Source: an uncultured virus (IMG/VR IMGVR_UViG_3300020577_008970) | Taxonomy: Duplodnaviria > Heunggongvirae > Uroviricota > Caudoviricetes | DNA length: 64,000 nt | Strand: one strand, 5' to 3' | IMG/VR virus record: IMGVR_UViG_3300020577_008970 | Shown here: one piece after another, positions 1 to 9,942 of the stretch | How the letters are laid out: each line of letters begins with the position of its first letter | Numbering within the stretch: position 1 is the stretch's first letter | Notes under the pieces: model-generated | The model's input: only the letters and a program-made list of their open reading frames with translations | Databases searched by the model: none | What the model was told of the DNA's origin: nothing | Made by a program: the position numbers and the translations under genes

Positions 1-82
1 TGCTTGCATCGTCGCATAACATCCCAAAATGTTGGAAGTGTATGCCAAGGAGGCAGCTTTTTGGTACGTTTCATCATGATGG

Positions 83-391
83 TTAAATATCCGGCGTTTC
101 GAAAAAGACATTTTGCAACATATCAGAGATAGCAGATTGAAATCTTACGTCTTTCGCAATCGATTGAATGGCTTGTTGCGTCAGAACGATATCGAACTTC
201 TCAGCATATGCTTCTGCGAACTTCATCATGGCCCGAAGGACATAATTGCGAACAGAAGTGTGATTCATCTTCCATCCTGCATTCGACATTGCAATAGAGA
301 TTAGACGATAATCGATTCCCTCATCATCAAAGACGGTGGCATATTTCTTATGTTGGACCATGCCATCCTCATTCTTCGCTGTATGATTCAT
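83..391 (-). CDS. Hypothetical protein coupled to sigma factor gene
   Basis: 102-aa ORF overlapping the sigma-factor stop, same strand as neighbours. Confidence 0.6.
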   Translation of the reverse strand: MNHTAKNEDGMVQHKKYATVFDDEGIDYRLISIAMSNAGWKMNHTSVRNYVLRAMMKFAEAYAEKFDIVLTQQAIQSIAKDVRFQSAISDMLQNVFFETPDI

Positions 392-1187
392 CTTCTAGCC
401 CCTTTCCGTCGACAATGATGCTGTTAAGTTCAGATTCTGTTACGGGATAACTTTCGTGATTCGCAGTATCTTCAAAAAGACCAAACCGAAGTCGAATAAT
501 TGCCGCCTCCTTCGCAGACAACTTGTCCAGCACGTCTCGCATAATGCTTAGCAACTCATTCTTTGCAACAATCTCATGAGGATTCGGCGCATCATCTGCA
601 ATCATATCGCCATACGTTGACTTATCATCTCCACTTGAGCCGATCGTATCTTGAAGCGAATACATCTTCTTGCATGAATCCATCGTCGCCTTGACGACCT
701 TCTCGCTAGCGCCAGTAATCTCAATCAACTCGTCGACGGATGGCTCTGTATTGAAACACTTTCGATATTCTTCAGCTGCAGAAATTAACTTCTTCTGAAT
801 TCCTAGAGCGTGAGCAGGCATTCGAATCGTACGCTTACGCTTCATTACGTGCTGTCCAATTGCCTGCTTCACCCACCAGCTAGCATATGTCGAAAACTTA
901 TATCCTCGCTTCCAGTCATACTTCTCAATAGACTTAATCAAACCAAGATTACCTTCTTGAACCAAATCTTCAAATGCTAGGCCCGTATTCTTATATGCCT
1001 TAGCAATTGAAATGACTAGCCTAAGATTCGATTCAATAATCTTTTTCCTTGCCGCTGTATCACCATTCTCGTACGATTGAAATAGCTTGATTGATTCCTC
1101 ATGCTTGAGTAGCGGATATCTTGACACCTCCTGCAAGTAACGTGATATGTTTGTGTCAGCGACAAGTTTGTTTTTCTTTTGCAGCAT
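369..1187 (-). CDS. Phage-encoded sigma-70 family RNA polymerase sigma factor
   Basis: Region 1.2 YLQEVSRYPLL; region 2 SNLRLVISIAK, DLVQEGNLGL, KFSTYASWWVKQAI; region 4 start LSAKEAAIIRLRFGL. Confidence 0.95.
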   Translation of the reverse strand: MLQKKNKLVADTNISRYLQEVSRYPLLKHEESIKLFQSYENGDTAARKKIIESNLRLVISIAKAYKNTGLAFEDLVQEGNLGLIKSIEKYDWKRGYKFSTYASWWVKQAIGQHVMKRKRTIRMPAHALGIQKKLISAAEEYRKCFNTEPSVDELIEITGASEKVVKATMDSCKKMYSLQDTIGSSGDDKSTYGDMIADDAPNPHEIVAKNELLSIMRDVLDKLSAKEAAIIRLRFGLFEDTANHESYPVTESELNSIIVDGKGLEDESYSEE

Positions 1188-1188
1188 A

Positions 1189-1545
1189 TTAATTCGTTAC
1201 GGTCTGTTGCGATGGATTCGGCCTATTGAATGTTGCATTGCGTTGACGCTCATATGATTGAACCAATCGATCGAAATTTCGAAATTCAAGCTCACGAAGA
1301 ATGTAGCATATCTCGATCTCAATTGGCTTTGTATCTTTGCCTTTCGATGCACAGGCTTCACGATCATGTCGTAGTTGCACAAGAACGTTGTCTAGTTCAC
1401 GATCGCCATAATTGCCCATATACTCATCATTAAACACGCGAACTTCTGTCTTTGCCATCTTCTTCATATTCATTAGTCCTAAACTTTCTCTCACTATTCT
1501 TTCGTTGTCGATCGATTCGTACTTGTGTATCCGTCTGCATACCAT
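1189..1545 (-). CDS. Hypothetical protein (true start probably near 1473)
   Basis: ORF in the minus-strand gene run; 5' part overlaps the upstream gene. Confidence 0.55.
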   Translation of the reverse strand: MVCRRIHKYESIDNERIVRESLGLMNMKKMAKTEVRVFNDEYMGNYGDRELDNVLVQLRHDREACASKGKDTKPIEIEICYILRELEFRNFDRLVQSYERQRNATFNRPNPSQQTVTN

Positions 1546-1700
1546 CCAGCTCCAGTTAGAGTGAATGATGTTTTCGATATTATCCTCTTCGCAGTATCAT
1601 GACTACATTTACAGCATGTCGATATCGATTCGTCGGTAATACGTTGTTCTACTTCCCAAATCGAATCGCAGTTCGTACACTCATATTCGTACGTTGGCAT
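1494..1700 (-). CDS. FmdB-family zinc-ribbon protein
   Basis: MPTYEYECxxC...CxxC...RIIS..F.L.G.GWY signature. Confidence 0.9.
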   Translation of the reverse strand: MPTYEYECTNCDSIWEVEQRITDESISTCCKCSHDTAKRIISKTSFTLTGAGWYADGYTSTNRSTTKE

Positions 1701-1719
1701 GACTTCCTTAACCTAATCA

Positions 1720-1980
1720 TTAATTCGCCAATTTACACATGTTGACCAGCTTATCTTTAATCTTTAGAGAAAATATTCCCTCTGGTATATCGTAGACCTT
1801 ACTTCCACACAATGCTCGAACTGTTGCAATGTTCGAATTTGAATCATTTCGAACAATGCAAAGAATCATATAAACGATTCCGTCTACACAAGAAAATACA
1901 TCACCACGTTCGATTACTTCGTAGCTAAAGTTCTCTCTTGCGAGAGCCGGTAGTGTGAGCTTAGTTTCAAGCTTCATCAA
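1720..1980 (-). CDS. Hypothetical protein
   Basis: 86-aa ORF in the co-oriented run. Confidence 0.55.
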   Translation of the reverse strand: MMKLETKLTLPALARENFSYEVIERGDVFSCVDGIVYMILCIVRNDSNSNIATVRALCGSKVYDIPEGIFSLKIKDKLVNMCKLAN

Positions 1981-2029
1981 GGATAAGATAAAGTTTAAAC
2001 TATAGAGAGACTAAATTACACAAAAAAGA

Positions 2030-2260
2030 TTACTCTTCGATTTCTACAACGACTGTGGTAGTCATGTAGCAGAACTGCTCATCGTTAGGTTCCCAAACAA
2101 CGTGAAGTCGTCTGCCTTTTTCGATTTTGCTTAGTAATTTCACATCGTACCACGTATTGTGGCAAAAGTTGATGTGCTGAGGATTGGTGCTTTCTATACA
2201 ACGAATTCGACCATTATCTGGATCGAATTCATATTTTGAATGAATTGTTTTGAAACGCAT
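2030..2260 (-). CDS. Hypothetical protein
   Basis: 76-aa ORF with GAGGTG Shine-Dalgarno-like sequence. Confidence 0.6.
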   Translation of the reverse strand: MRFKTIHSKYEFDPDNGRIRCIESTNPQHINFCHNTWYDVKLLSKIEKGRRLHVVWEPNDEQFCYMTTTVVVEIEE

Positions 2261-2284
2261 AACACACCTCGCGTGTTAAATACG

Positions 2285-2572
2285 TTAGCGCTGAACGTTT
2301 GTCAGCTTATTTTGCACCAAAACACCTTCGTCGTAATGCTTTTGGTGATTTCGGTCAGGAGGCGGATCACCACGATCTTGCCATCGTATCCATGGCTTAC
2401 ACTGCTCGAACTTAGACAAATCACATCGAGCCATCCCACGATAATCAGAATCGTAACCGAAACTGTCTGTCGCCGGATCATTTTTCACAACGTCTGGTGG
2501 TTCAACAATATCACTTTCTGTATCGAAAGCGCATGCTGTAAGAAACAATGCTAGAATACAAAATGATTTCAT
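2285..2572 (-). CDS. Putative lipoprotein
   Basis: MKSFCILALFLTAC lipobox-type signal; ATGA overlap with upstream gene. Confidence 0.6.
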   Translation of the reverse strand: MKSFCILALFLTACAFDTESDIVEPPDVVKNDPATDSFGYDSDYRGMARCDLSKFEQCKPWIRWQDRGDPPPDRNHQKHYDEGVLVQNKLTNVQR

Positions 2573-2784
2573 GCTAATCGTTCCAGTCCATTCTTCGTTC
2601 TGTCGAGCGTTGTGTGATGATCGGTTTCGTATAAAGATCGAAAACTGATGCCGTCCTTGTCAATAACAATACAATCATGTTTAAGATATTGTTTACACGC
2701 CGCCACGTCTAATTCGCAAGAAAGGACCAAATAAAAACGCTCGTCCACGCCATGATACCAAAGCTGTCCTTGCTGAAAGATCAT
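2569..2784 (-). CDS. Hypothetical protein
   Basis: 71-aa ORF, ATGA coupling to the next gene. Confidence 0.55.
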   Translation of the reverse strand: MIFQQGQLWYHGVDERFYLVLSCELDVAACKQYLKHDCIVIDKDGISFRSLYETDHHTTLDRTKNGLERLA

Positions 2785-2808
2785 CTCAGATTAAGTATGT
2801 GAATCTGG

Positions 2809-4413
2809 TCACTCGTCGATGACAACTGCATCGAGTGTAAGGAATGTTGCAGCGACTGAACATGCATTTTCCAATGCGATTCTGCAAACTTTCAGAGGGT
2901 CGATGATACCTTGCTCATACATGTCGGCAAATTCTTCTTTACCAGCATCCCAACCCCATGTTGGATTGTCCTTCACGGTTATGAGTTGCTCAATAACAGT
3001 CTCACTATCAACGCCAGAATTATGGCAAATTTGCTTGAGAGGTGCCAAACAGGCATTCTTGACAGCTTTATATCCCGCTAGTTGATCTTTAGTCGTTGAT
3101 GGATTCGAAATGACATAATCTAGAACATCTCTTGCGTGGAATAGTGCTAGTCCGCCTCCAGGAATGATACCTTCATCAATTGCAGACTGTGTGGCAGAAA
3201 GTGCGTCTTCAATTCGATATTTGCGCTCTTTCATTTCAATTTCTGTAGAGCCGCCGACTCGAATAATTGCTACGCCTGAAGATAGTTTTGCCAGACGATA
3301 CTTCACTTGCATTCGTTCTTCATCTGTTAGCTTAACATTTTCCATTTGTGCGCGAAGCTCATTCGCTCTGCCTTCGACAGCTTCAACTGTATCGCCAGTT
3401 CCAACAATCAATGTCGATCTGGCATCCACGACAATCTTCTTTGCTTTACCCAATTCACTGACTGTTGTCTTTTCTAACGAGTAACCAGTCTTAGACGAAA
3501 CGAATTTCGCGCCTGTTAGTGAGCAGATGTCATTCAACATCTCATCTCTAAGCATTCCAAAGCCAGGTGCCTTAATAGCCACGACCTTGAGTGCGCCTTG
3601 AAGCTTATTGACGATCAAAGCGTGTAGAGCGTCGCCTTCGATATCATCTGCAATGATTAGCAATGGCTTACCGGCTCGGGAAACACCTTCAAGCAACGTA
3701 ATGATGTCTCTAACAGATGTTAGTTTTTTATCTGTCACAAAAACGTAGCAGTCAGTATATGTTACGTTCATCTTTTCGTTATTCGTCGCGAACATTGGTG
3801 AAATATATCCGCGTTCGATCTGCATACCTTCCACAACGTCCAGCGTAGTCGTCATGCCAGTAGCTTCTTCGACAGTTACGACGCCATCCCTGCCAACTTT
3901 TTCCATAGCGTCTGCGATCATCTCACCGATGACACTATCATTATTTGCGCTTATCGTTCCTATCTGGACAGTTTCTTTTTTCTCTGCGACCGGTCTAGCA
4001 ATTCTCTTTAGCTCATCGAGAATCAACTTCACACCCTTTTGCATGCTATTCTTTACGACGATCTTGTCATGATTATTTGCTATAGCACGAAGACCTTCAG
4101 TCGTAAGTGCGTGTGTTAGTACAGTCGCAGTCGTTGTACCATCGCCTGCTGCCTCATTGGTTCTGTGCGCAGCTTCTTTGACTAAATTTGCTCCAATACG
4201 TTGTACTGGATCTTTCAGATTTAACGACTTTGAGACAGTCACACCGTCTTTTGTTACAATCGGCTGCTCGTCATTTCGTTGAATGATTACGCATTTGCCC
4301 TTCGGTCCCATCGTACAACCAACTGCTCGAGCAGCGATATCAAGACCGACTTTCATCCCGTCTATCGCTTCATTTGAAAACAAGACTGTCGTTTTTTTAC
4401 TTTCGTCCATCAT
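2809..4413 (-). CDS. groEL: Chaperonin GroEL-like
   Basis: TMGPKG, TKDGVTV, GDGTTTATVL, KAPGFG, PGGG and GIIDP motifs; no GGM tail. Confidence 0.97.
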   Translation of the reverse strand: MMDESKKTTVLFSNEAIDGMKVGLDIAARAVGCTMGPKGKCVIIQRNDEQPIVTKDGVTVSKSLNLKDPVQRIGANLVKEAAHRTNEAAGDGTTTATVLTHALTTEGLRAIANNHDKIVVKNSMQKGVKLILDELKRIARPVAEKKETVQIGTISANNDSVIGEMIADAMEKVGRDGVVTVEEATGMTTTLDVVEGMQIERGYISPMFATNNEKMNVTYTDCYVFVTDKKLTSVRDIITLLEGVSRAGKPLLIIADDIEGDALHALIVNKLQGALKVVAIKAPGFGMLRDEMLNDICSLTGAKFVSSKTGYSLEKTTVSELGKAKKIVVDARSTLIVGTGDTVEAVEGRANELRAQMENVKLTDEERMQVKYRLAKLSSGVAIIRVGGSTEIEMKERKYRIEDALSATQSAIDEGIIPGGGLALFHARDVLDYVISNPSTTKDQLAGYKAVKNACLAPLKQICHNSGVDSETVIEQLITVKDNPTWGWDAGKEEFADMYEQGIIDPLKVCRIALENACSVAATFLTLDAVVIDE

Positions 4414-4457
4414 ACGACGAATATAAACATCAAATCTTAAAATGTAATAGAGTCTGG

Positions 4458-4718
4458 CTATTTTTCTTCTACGACAGAATTCGATCTCGTCCAGACAGGT
4501 TCACCATCACGCCAAGCGATATAGATCTTCCCAGCAAGGTAATCGCGAAGAAGTTCGTAATAACTCGTCTTCATCGTAACAGATGCTGAATGCGATGCGA
4601 GATGTTTTAGTCTTATTGCGGTAAAATCGAAGACATTCTTAGCTAGCCAGTCGACATGGATTTGAAATTCAGTCCTGGGAGCTTGTCGTGTCTTCGTCAC
4701 CACAGAATTACCTGCCAT
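4458..4718 (-). CDS. Hypothetical protein
   Basis: 86-aa ORF in the co-oriented run. Confidence 0.55.
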   Translation of the reverse strand: MAGNSVVTKTRQAPRTEFQIHVDWLAKNVFDFTAIRLKHLASHSASVTMKTSYYELLRDYLAGKIYIAWRDGEPVWTRSNSVVEEK

Positions 4719-4779
4719 TTCTAGTAATTATGGCAAAGTGTAGGACGAAGCAGCACATAGTTCAAAGCCGATCAATGTG

Positions 4780-5007
4780 TCATGCGACATTTAGCTTTTC
4801 GACATGCTCTAGATCATCGATCTCATCTTTACTCATCCATGCAAAGAATGTTGTTGTGCAATTACATTCACACTTAGTAAATTTCACGTTGTATTCGTAT
4901 TGCACTTTACTTTTGTCTAGCTCTTTTATTCTTGAGGCGACGATGATACCTTTTTTGTATTGACCATCATCTGCTTTTGCGTATATTTCTGAACCGAGTT
5001 CTATCAT
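4780..5007 (-). CDS. Hypothetical protein
   Basis: 75-aa ORF, ATGA coupling. Confidence 0.55.
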   Translation of the reverse strand: MIELGSEIYAKADDGQYKKGIIVASRIKELDKSKVQYEYNVKFTKCECNCTTTFFAWMSKDEIDDLEHVEKLNVA

Positions 5008-5222
5008 GGTCTCAACAAATAATTAACCGTCGTTACGACCTTTTCTCGCAATTCTTGTGGTAATTGTGACAAACAAATATAAGACTCTGACCGGTGTTGC
5101 ACCTCTGGTACGCCTCCCTCTAGATACCCAATCGCCCTGCTTCCTTCAACCTTAAGAACGATTGGAATGCCAGGTGACTTCGACACAATCACATCAAATA
5201 ACGTTTCAACAATTTGGCTCAT
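5004..5222 (-). CDS. Hypothetical protein
   Basis: 72-aa ORF, ATGA coupling. Confidence 0.55.
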   Translation of the reverse strand: MSQIVETLFDVIVSKSPGIPIVLKVEGSRAIGYLEGGVPEVQHRSESYICLSQLPQELREKVVTTVNYLLRP

Positions 5223-5467
5223 GCTACACCTACTAATCCTATCTTTTTGTTTCGTTCAACGATTAAACGAACGAAGTAAGGAATTCTTCGCTCTTCAATC
5301 ATACCAAAGTTATTGCAGACTGGACAACAATAACAAAACAAGTTTGCTTCAGTCTGTCTAACATCTGTCACGTCCATAGCTAATTCGCTTTGACATACCT
5401 CACACTTGCATTCGTGTATCCATGTCTTAACGATATCATTCTGTTTCGTGACTTTCATGACAATCAT
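5219..5467 (-). CDS. Small zinc-ribbon protein
   Basis: CEVC...CPVC motifs; ATGA coupling. Confidence 0.6.
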   Translation of the reverse strand: MIVMKVTKQNDIVKTWIHECKCEVCQSELAMDVTDVRQTEANLFCYCCPVCNNFGMIEERRIPYFVRLIVERNKKIGLVGVA

Positions 5468-6324
5468 CTCGTTTCAGCGCAACAGCGACATCCAATCGTG
5501 ATCTGTTTGAAATATTCATGATGATCTTGTGTGACCGGTCGACAACGATTTCGAACAGGCATCCAATGGCCGCCCTTCAAACCAGATGTCAATCTCCATC
5601 CTGGATACATCGAATGTGAATAAGGTTTCGTAATCACCCACTCATCTACATTTCCAGTCATATTATGAACCCCGAATGGAGACTTACACTTCGGGAACAA
5701 ATCAATCTTCGCACGATAATCGCAAGACACCTTTCCACACGCGACAGGCTTTTCTTTCGTATCGTATGTGTCCATATTGCACCAAGTCGATTGTCGCTCG
5801 TAACCGTATGGATATGGAAGAATCTCTTCACCCTCACATGCAAAGGTCCATTCTTCAGCTGAACACAATCTAGCTTTCTTTGCTTCGCACATCTCACGAC
5901 ATTCAATCAATGACTTATCACCATGTGGGACTTTGGTCTGTTCATCATATAGCTCTTCTGTCGATATGCAAAAGTCCATATGCTCTTTTTGTTTTGATAG
6001 ACATTCAGACTTAGCAAACTTCTTGCATCTTGCATACGGTAATGCCGGATTGTCCATAAAATCGATACATGTCTGTCTTACATCTGGACAGTAATTTCCT
6101 GCAACATGGCTGAATCCATCTTGACATGCTGGTGGCTTCGGTACAGGAAGTGCTGCATCGAGAGTAGATGTCGATGGCTTTAAAGAATCACCGGCAGGAA
6201 GCATATACGGTGATGCATCAACAAAATTGATTTTTACTTCTGGAGATTTACTTGTCACTTCTTGCGATGGACTAGTTGGCATATACACACATGACGATAG
6301 TAAGATGAATAAAATTTTTCGCAT
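5464..6324 (-). CDS. Secreted/lipoprotein with FGE-sulfatase (SUMF1-like) domain, Cys-rich myxobacterial type
   Basis: Signal ending LLSSC; RLCSAEEWTFACEG, YPYG, SPFGVHNMTGNVDEW, KGGHW, GCRCC. Confidence 0.88.
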   Translation of the reverse strand: MRKILFILLSSCVYMPTSPSQEVTSKSPEVKINFVDASPYMLPAGDSLKPSTSTLDAALPVPKPPACQDGFSHVAGNYCPDVRQTCIDFMDNPALPYARCKKFAKSECLSKQKEHMDFCISTEELYDEQTKVPHGDKSLIECREMCEAKKARLCSAEEWTFACEGEEILPYPYGYERQSTWCNMDTYDTKEKPVACGKVSCDYRAKIDLFPKCKSPFGVHNMTGNVDEWVITKPYSHSMYPGWRLTSGLKGGHWMPVRNRCRPVTQDHHEYFKQITIGCRCCAETR

Positions 6325-6342
6325 GGCATAACCCTTCTTACA

Positions 6343-6525
6343 CTATTCAGGAATTCGCTCTGGACGAGGAGGCAACATTTCTTGCTTAACAATATTGTCT
6401 CTTTCTTCTGGCGATCTGTACACTGTGCGTGCAATCCTACGATTAAGATCGAAAACTAAATTGTCATAACATTTAGGAAATATCCAACGAAGCAATCTAT
6501 CAAAAATATGTATAGTCATTGTCAA
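6343..6525 (-). CDS. Hypothetical protein
   Basis: 60-aa ORF filling the gap in the operon. Confidence 0.45.
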   Translation of the reverse strand: MTMTIHIFDRLLRWIFPKCYDNLVFDLNRRIARTVYRSPEERDNIVKQEMLPPRPERIPE

Positions 6526-6880
6526 GATCTAAATTCATGCTGTTCGCAAATGCTCGTATCGCAGCAATGAGTCTAATCGAATTTTTCTGATATTTTCCTC
6601 CAGGATTGACTAGTAACATTAATGCATCGATCCGATTCGTGTTCTCGTATTCTTTGACGATATCTGCCGCAATATTGTGAAATTTGATGTGCAATTCACA
6701 CATCGTAGAAAAATATTCGTTATAAGCGTACTTTTTGCTTTTACTAGTGATCCACTTACCAAGATGGCACTGATCATACTTTCGCATATCTTCGCTTGAT
6801 ATATCATTAAGTCCGCCGATCAAATTGACCAATCGCATTTTCCAATTAAGATGCGATTCGATTGCAAAATTCCAGTCCAT
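6500..6880 (-). CDS. Stand-alone CZB (chemoreceptor zinc-binding) domain protein
   Basis: HLNWK, CHLGKW and LHIKFH supply the 3His/1Cys zinc ligands. Confidence 0.88.
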   Translation of the reverse strand: MDWNFAIESHLNWKMRLVNLIGGLNDISSEDMRKYDQCHLGKWITSKSKKYAYNEYFSTMCELHIKFHNIAADIVKEYENTNRIDALMLLVNPGGKYQKNSIRLIAAIRAFANSMNLDLDNDYTYF

Positions 6881-7239
6881 TAGAACGTTATCCCAGAATG
6901 ATGTAGACGTTCGAAAAATTGCTCTAACTTCGAAAATTCGACAGGCGTGTTCGTGTGTCGTAATTCGAAATTCTCAGAATAGATCTTGCAATTTTGATCC
7001 CTAAAATTGTTGATGATCGAATACTCGAAGATTTCGAATCGTTCAATCAACTTTCGTTCAACTGTCGCATCAATGGCAATTAAATAATTTTTATCGCATT
7101 TCTTACTCGTGCACACCAAAATATGTGCTTCTGGAATCGCCGCATCCACAATCGTATGATGCTCATCATCGTGAACTTCATATACAAATTGCAGAAATGA
7201 ATCGCAAAATTTGCAAAGAAATCTTTTGCGCATCAACAT
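6880..7239 (-). CDS. Hypothetical protein, possible zinc finger
   Basis: CKFC...CTSKKC. Confidence 0.55.
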   Translation of the reverse strand: MLMRKRFLCKFCDSFLQFVYEVHDDEHHTIVDAAIPEAHILVCTSKKCDKNYLIAIDATVERKLIERFEIFEYSIINNFRDQNCKIYSENFELRHTNTPVEFSKLEQFFERLHHSGITF

Positions 7240-7248
7240 ATAGACACC

Positions 7249-8562
7249 TTAATGTTGATTTAAATATCGTTTGGCAACCTTGATTAGATCTGGATCGACA
7301 TCGTTTTCATCTCTGAATCGAACGAAGACTGGAAATCGGATTCGGCCATCGACAGTCAGAGGCGGTTGACCCTCACATTCGATAATTTTTCCAACCCAAT
7401 CTGCCTTTTGCGTCATCTGAAAGTCAGACCGCTGAACTTGTGTAAAGCCACTACCAACATTCGTTACGACACCATTCGATAGCACGATCGAAAAGCCGCC
7501 GAAGATATGCTCATTCTTGGTACCAGCATGACCGTTGTAGCAATCGACGATTACACCCTCATATGTTGCAACTGGCTTAAGCTTAAGAACAGCTTGAGTT
7601 CTTGAAAATGCATAAGGTGACATGAAATCCTTGACCATAACACCTTCGTAACCCATACCCAGACTTTGCAGATAATTCTGATAGAGTTCTTCGTCATTCT
7701 TCACGATACCGAACGGAACGACTCGTAGTGGATCGCCAGAACCTTCTAAGCATGTCTGGAGCATCTTTCGTCGATTGGCATATGAACTTATGGTCTTTTT
7801 CGTTGACCATTCTGAGTGTGAAAGACAGTCGAAGATGTTATACACGATCGCATCATCATTCTTTAGATTTTTTCTGCTTGAAAGTATCGCAGCAGATTCA
7901 TTCCAGTCTTTTCCACACGCTTCGCCATCCAACACGATCTGATCAACACACAAATTTGCAATTGCATTTTGAATCTTTGGAATCGTTTCTAGAACAGTGC
8001 CGTTGCGTGTATAGAGCTTGACATCTTTTCCATCCTTGACTGCGACAACACGAAATCCGTCAAGTTTTGGTTCAACCATGACTGGGTAGTTGATATTTGT
8101 CGTAATCAAGCCAGATTTTGTCACCTTCGCATCGACACTATGAGCCAGCTGAACTGCAAATTTCTGAATCAGATCTGGCCACACCTTCTTGACGACAGCA
8201 ATCGATACGCCGCAGCGAAGATTTCGTAGAAGAATTCGTTCACACCACTTTTGTTGTAGTGCTGACATCGTCATGAACGACGCTTCAACAAGTTCACGTG
8301 CTTGATTGCCGGTGATTAATCGTTGCGCTAGCAAAGGAAGAATGCCGTTCAAAAATGAATTTACGATGTGGTCATTCTCTTCGCACTCTTTTGTTCTTGA
8401 AGCTTGTTTCGTAAACTTTTTCACGCCGTAATCGATATCTGATTCGACAGCCTTGAATATCGAGATGAGAAGTTCATTTCTACGATTATCAGAAAGAATT
8501 TCTTCTTTCGCACCTCGACTGGGCACACTCTCTAGAGACTCTAAAATGTCGATTACATTCAT
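7249..8562 (-). CDS. lig: ATP-dependent DNA ligase
   Basis: EPKLDGFR adenylation motif, LDGE, EGVMVK, KLKP, VGSGF, RFPVF. Confidence 0.95.
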   Translation of the reverse strand: MNVIDILESLESVPSRGAKEEILSDNRRNELLISIFKAVESDIDYGVKKFTKQASRTKECEENDHIVNSFLNGILPLLAQRLITGNQARELVEASFMTMSALQQKWCERILLRNLRCGVSIAVVKKVWPDLIQKFAVQLAHSVDAKVTKSGLITTNINYPVMVEPKLDGFRVVAVKDGKDVKLYTRNGTVLETIPKIQNAIANLCVDQIVLDGEACGKDWNESAAILSSRKNLKNDDAIVYNIFDCLSHSEWSTKKTISSYANRRKMLQTCLEGSGDPLRVVPFGIVKNDEELYQNYLQSLGMGYEGVMVKDFMSPYAFSRTQAVLKLKPVATYEGVIVDCYNGHAGTKNEHIFGGFSIVLSNGVVTNVGSGFTQVQRSDFQMTQKADWVGKIIECEGQPPLTVDGRIRFPVFVRFRDENDVDPDLIKVAKRYLNQH

Positions 8563-8593
8563 GATGCCAAGTTTACATCATGTGGGAGATATT

Positions 8594-9454
8594 TTACACT
8601 GCCTCGCGAAGATTAAAATTGACCAATTCTGGCGACCAATTCGATAATCTTTTTGCGGATATATTAACAGCATCTAGACTCTTATCGATCATCACGAAAT
8701 TTCTTCCATGCGATGCTGCCGAAAAGCCTGATGTGCTTGAACCTGCGAAGAAATCTAACACAACATCTTCTGGATTTGTGTGAACTTTGATGATTCTATC
8801 AATAATCTTCAGCGGCTTCTGTGTTGGATAATTTACTTTCTCTTTCCCACATGTCGGAACGATTGTGCTCCACCAAACGTCTGTTGGAGTTTTTCCAAGT
8901 TCTGCTTTTTCTTTTGTAACAAGGCTTGGAGCCATGTATGGAATCCTGTCGATTGCATCATGATTGAAGATGTAATCCTTTGGATCAAGAACGTACCACA
9001 AAATGGTATCATGCTTCGAAGACCATTTGGCTTTCGATCTGGCACCATAATCATATGACCATATAATTTCATTCATGAACTTATCACGACCGAGAAGCTT
9101 GTCCATCGCAACTTTGATGTAATGCACTTCACGATAGTCGAGATGAATGAAAATCGACCCATTCGATTTGAGACAATGCAATGATTCTTTCACACGATCC
9201 ATAAGATACGTTTCAAAATCGTCGAACTTATCATTGAATGAGATTCCCGATTCTGTTCGCTTTTTTGTTGCGTATCTTTTGCCACCGAATCCAATCCGAC
9301 CGATAGCCGACTCTCCATTTGCGTGAGAATCGATACGTGTACGATGCTGCCTAACGCCTGTATTGAATGGCGGATCAATATAGATTAAACTTGCAAACTG
9401 ATCTGGCAACGTCTTGAGTACTTCAACGTTGTCACCATATATGATTTTTCGCAT
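8594..9454 (-). CDS. N4-C/N6-A DNA methyltransferase (beta class)
   Basis: YIDPPF motif IV near N-terminus, YPTQKP, VLDFFAGS motif I near C-terminus. Confidence 0.93.
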   Translation of the reverse strand: MRKIIYGDNVEVLKTLPDQFASLIYIDPPFNTGVRQHRTRIDSHANGESAIGRIGFGGKRYATKKRTESGISFNDKFDDFETYLMDRVKESLHCLKSNGSIFIHLDYREVHYIKVAMDKLLGRDKFMNEIIWSYDYGARSKAKWSSKHDTILWYVLDPKDYIFNHDAIDRIPYMAPSLVTKEKAELGKTPTDVWWSTIVPTCGKEKVNYPTQKPLKIIDRIIKVHTNPEDVVLDFFAGSSTSGFSAASHGRNFVMIDKSLDAVNISAKRLSNWSPELVNFNLREAV

Positions 9455-9472
9455 TCCAGCGATAATCGTAAT

Positions 9473-9736
9473 TTAGTTTTTAAAATCGTAAACTAAACAA
9501 TCACAGATCTTGCCATCTTGAATGTCAAGTGATACCGTCTTTTTGGTTACTTCATCATTCTCATATTCATCATCATCGTAACGATGAACAATGACATTCC
9601 ACCCATAAGGAATCAAATATCTAACAGCTTCTTCAAGTGTCAATCCAGACAAGTTCTTTCTTAGATCAACCTCTTCACCGTAGCTATCATCAAGATCTTC
9701 GTAGTCATCATGAGCGAGACTTGAATTCAACATCAC
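9473..9736 (-). CDS. Hypothetical acidic protein
   Basis: 87-aa ORF. Confidence 0.55.
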   Translation of the reverse strand: MMLNSSLAHDDYEDLDDSYGEEVDLRKNLSGLTLEEAVRYLIPYGWNVIVHRYDDDEYENDEVTKKTVSLDIQDGKICDCLVYDFKN

Positions 9737-9738
9737 AC

Positions 9739-9918
9739 TTAACCCTCTAACAGTTGGCCGCTATTCCTGAAGTTGTCGTTCATCTTTTCAAGCGTTCGAA
9801 GCAGACTTTCGAGCCTTTGCTTCTTTTGTGTATATTCTTGCGGTGGATGTGTATCGCAAGAAAGTTGTTCCATCAATAAATTAATCTCTGACGTGACCTG
9901 TTCGCGCTGACTTGACAT
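9739..9918 (-). CDS. Small hypothetical protein (59 aa, not in ORF track)
   Basis: ATG at 9918 to TAA at 9739, MSSQREQVTSEINLL...LLEG, with AAGGGA upstream. Confidence 0.55.
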   Translation of the reverse strand: MSSQREQVTSEINLLMEQLSCDTHPPQEYTQKKQRLESLLRTLEKMNDNFRNSGQLLEG

Positions 9919-9942
9919 CTTCTATCCCTTACTACAATTTAG

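Noticed and set aside
8594..9454. Restriction-modification system
   Set aside because: No cognate endonuclease next to the MTase; looks like an orphan
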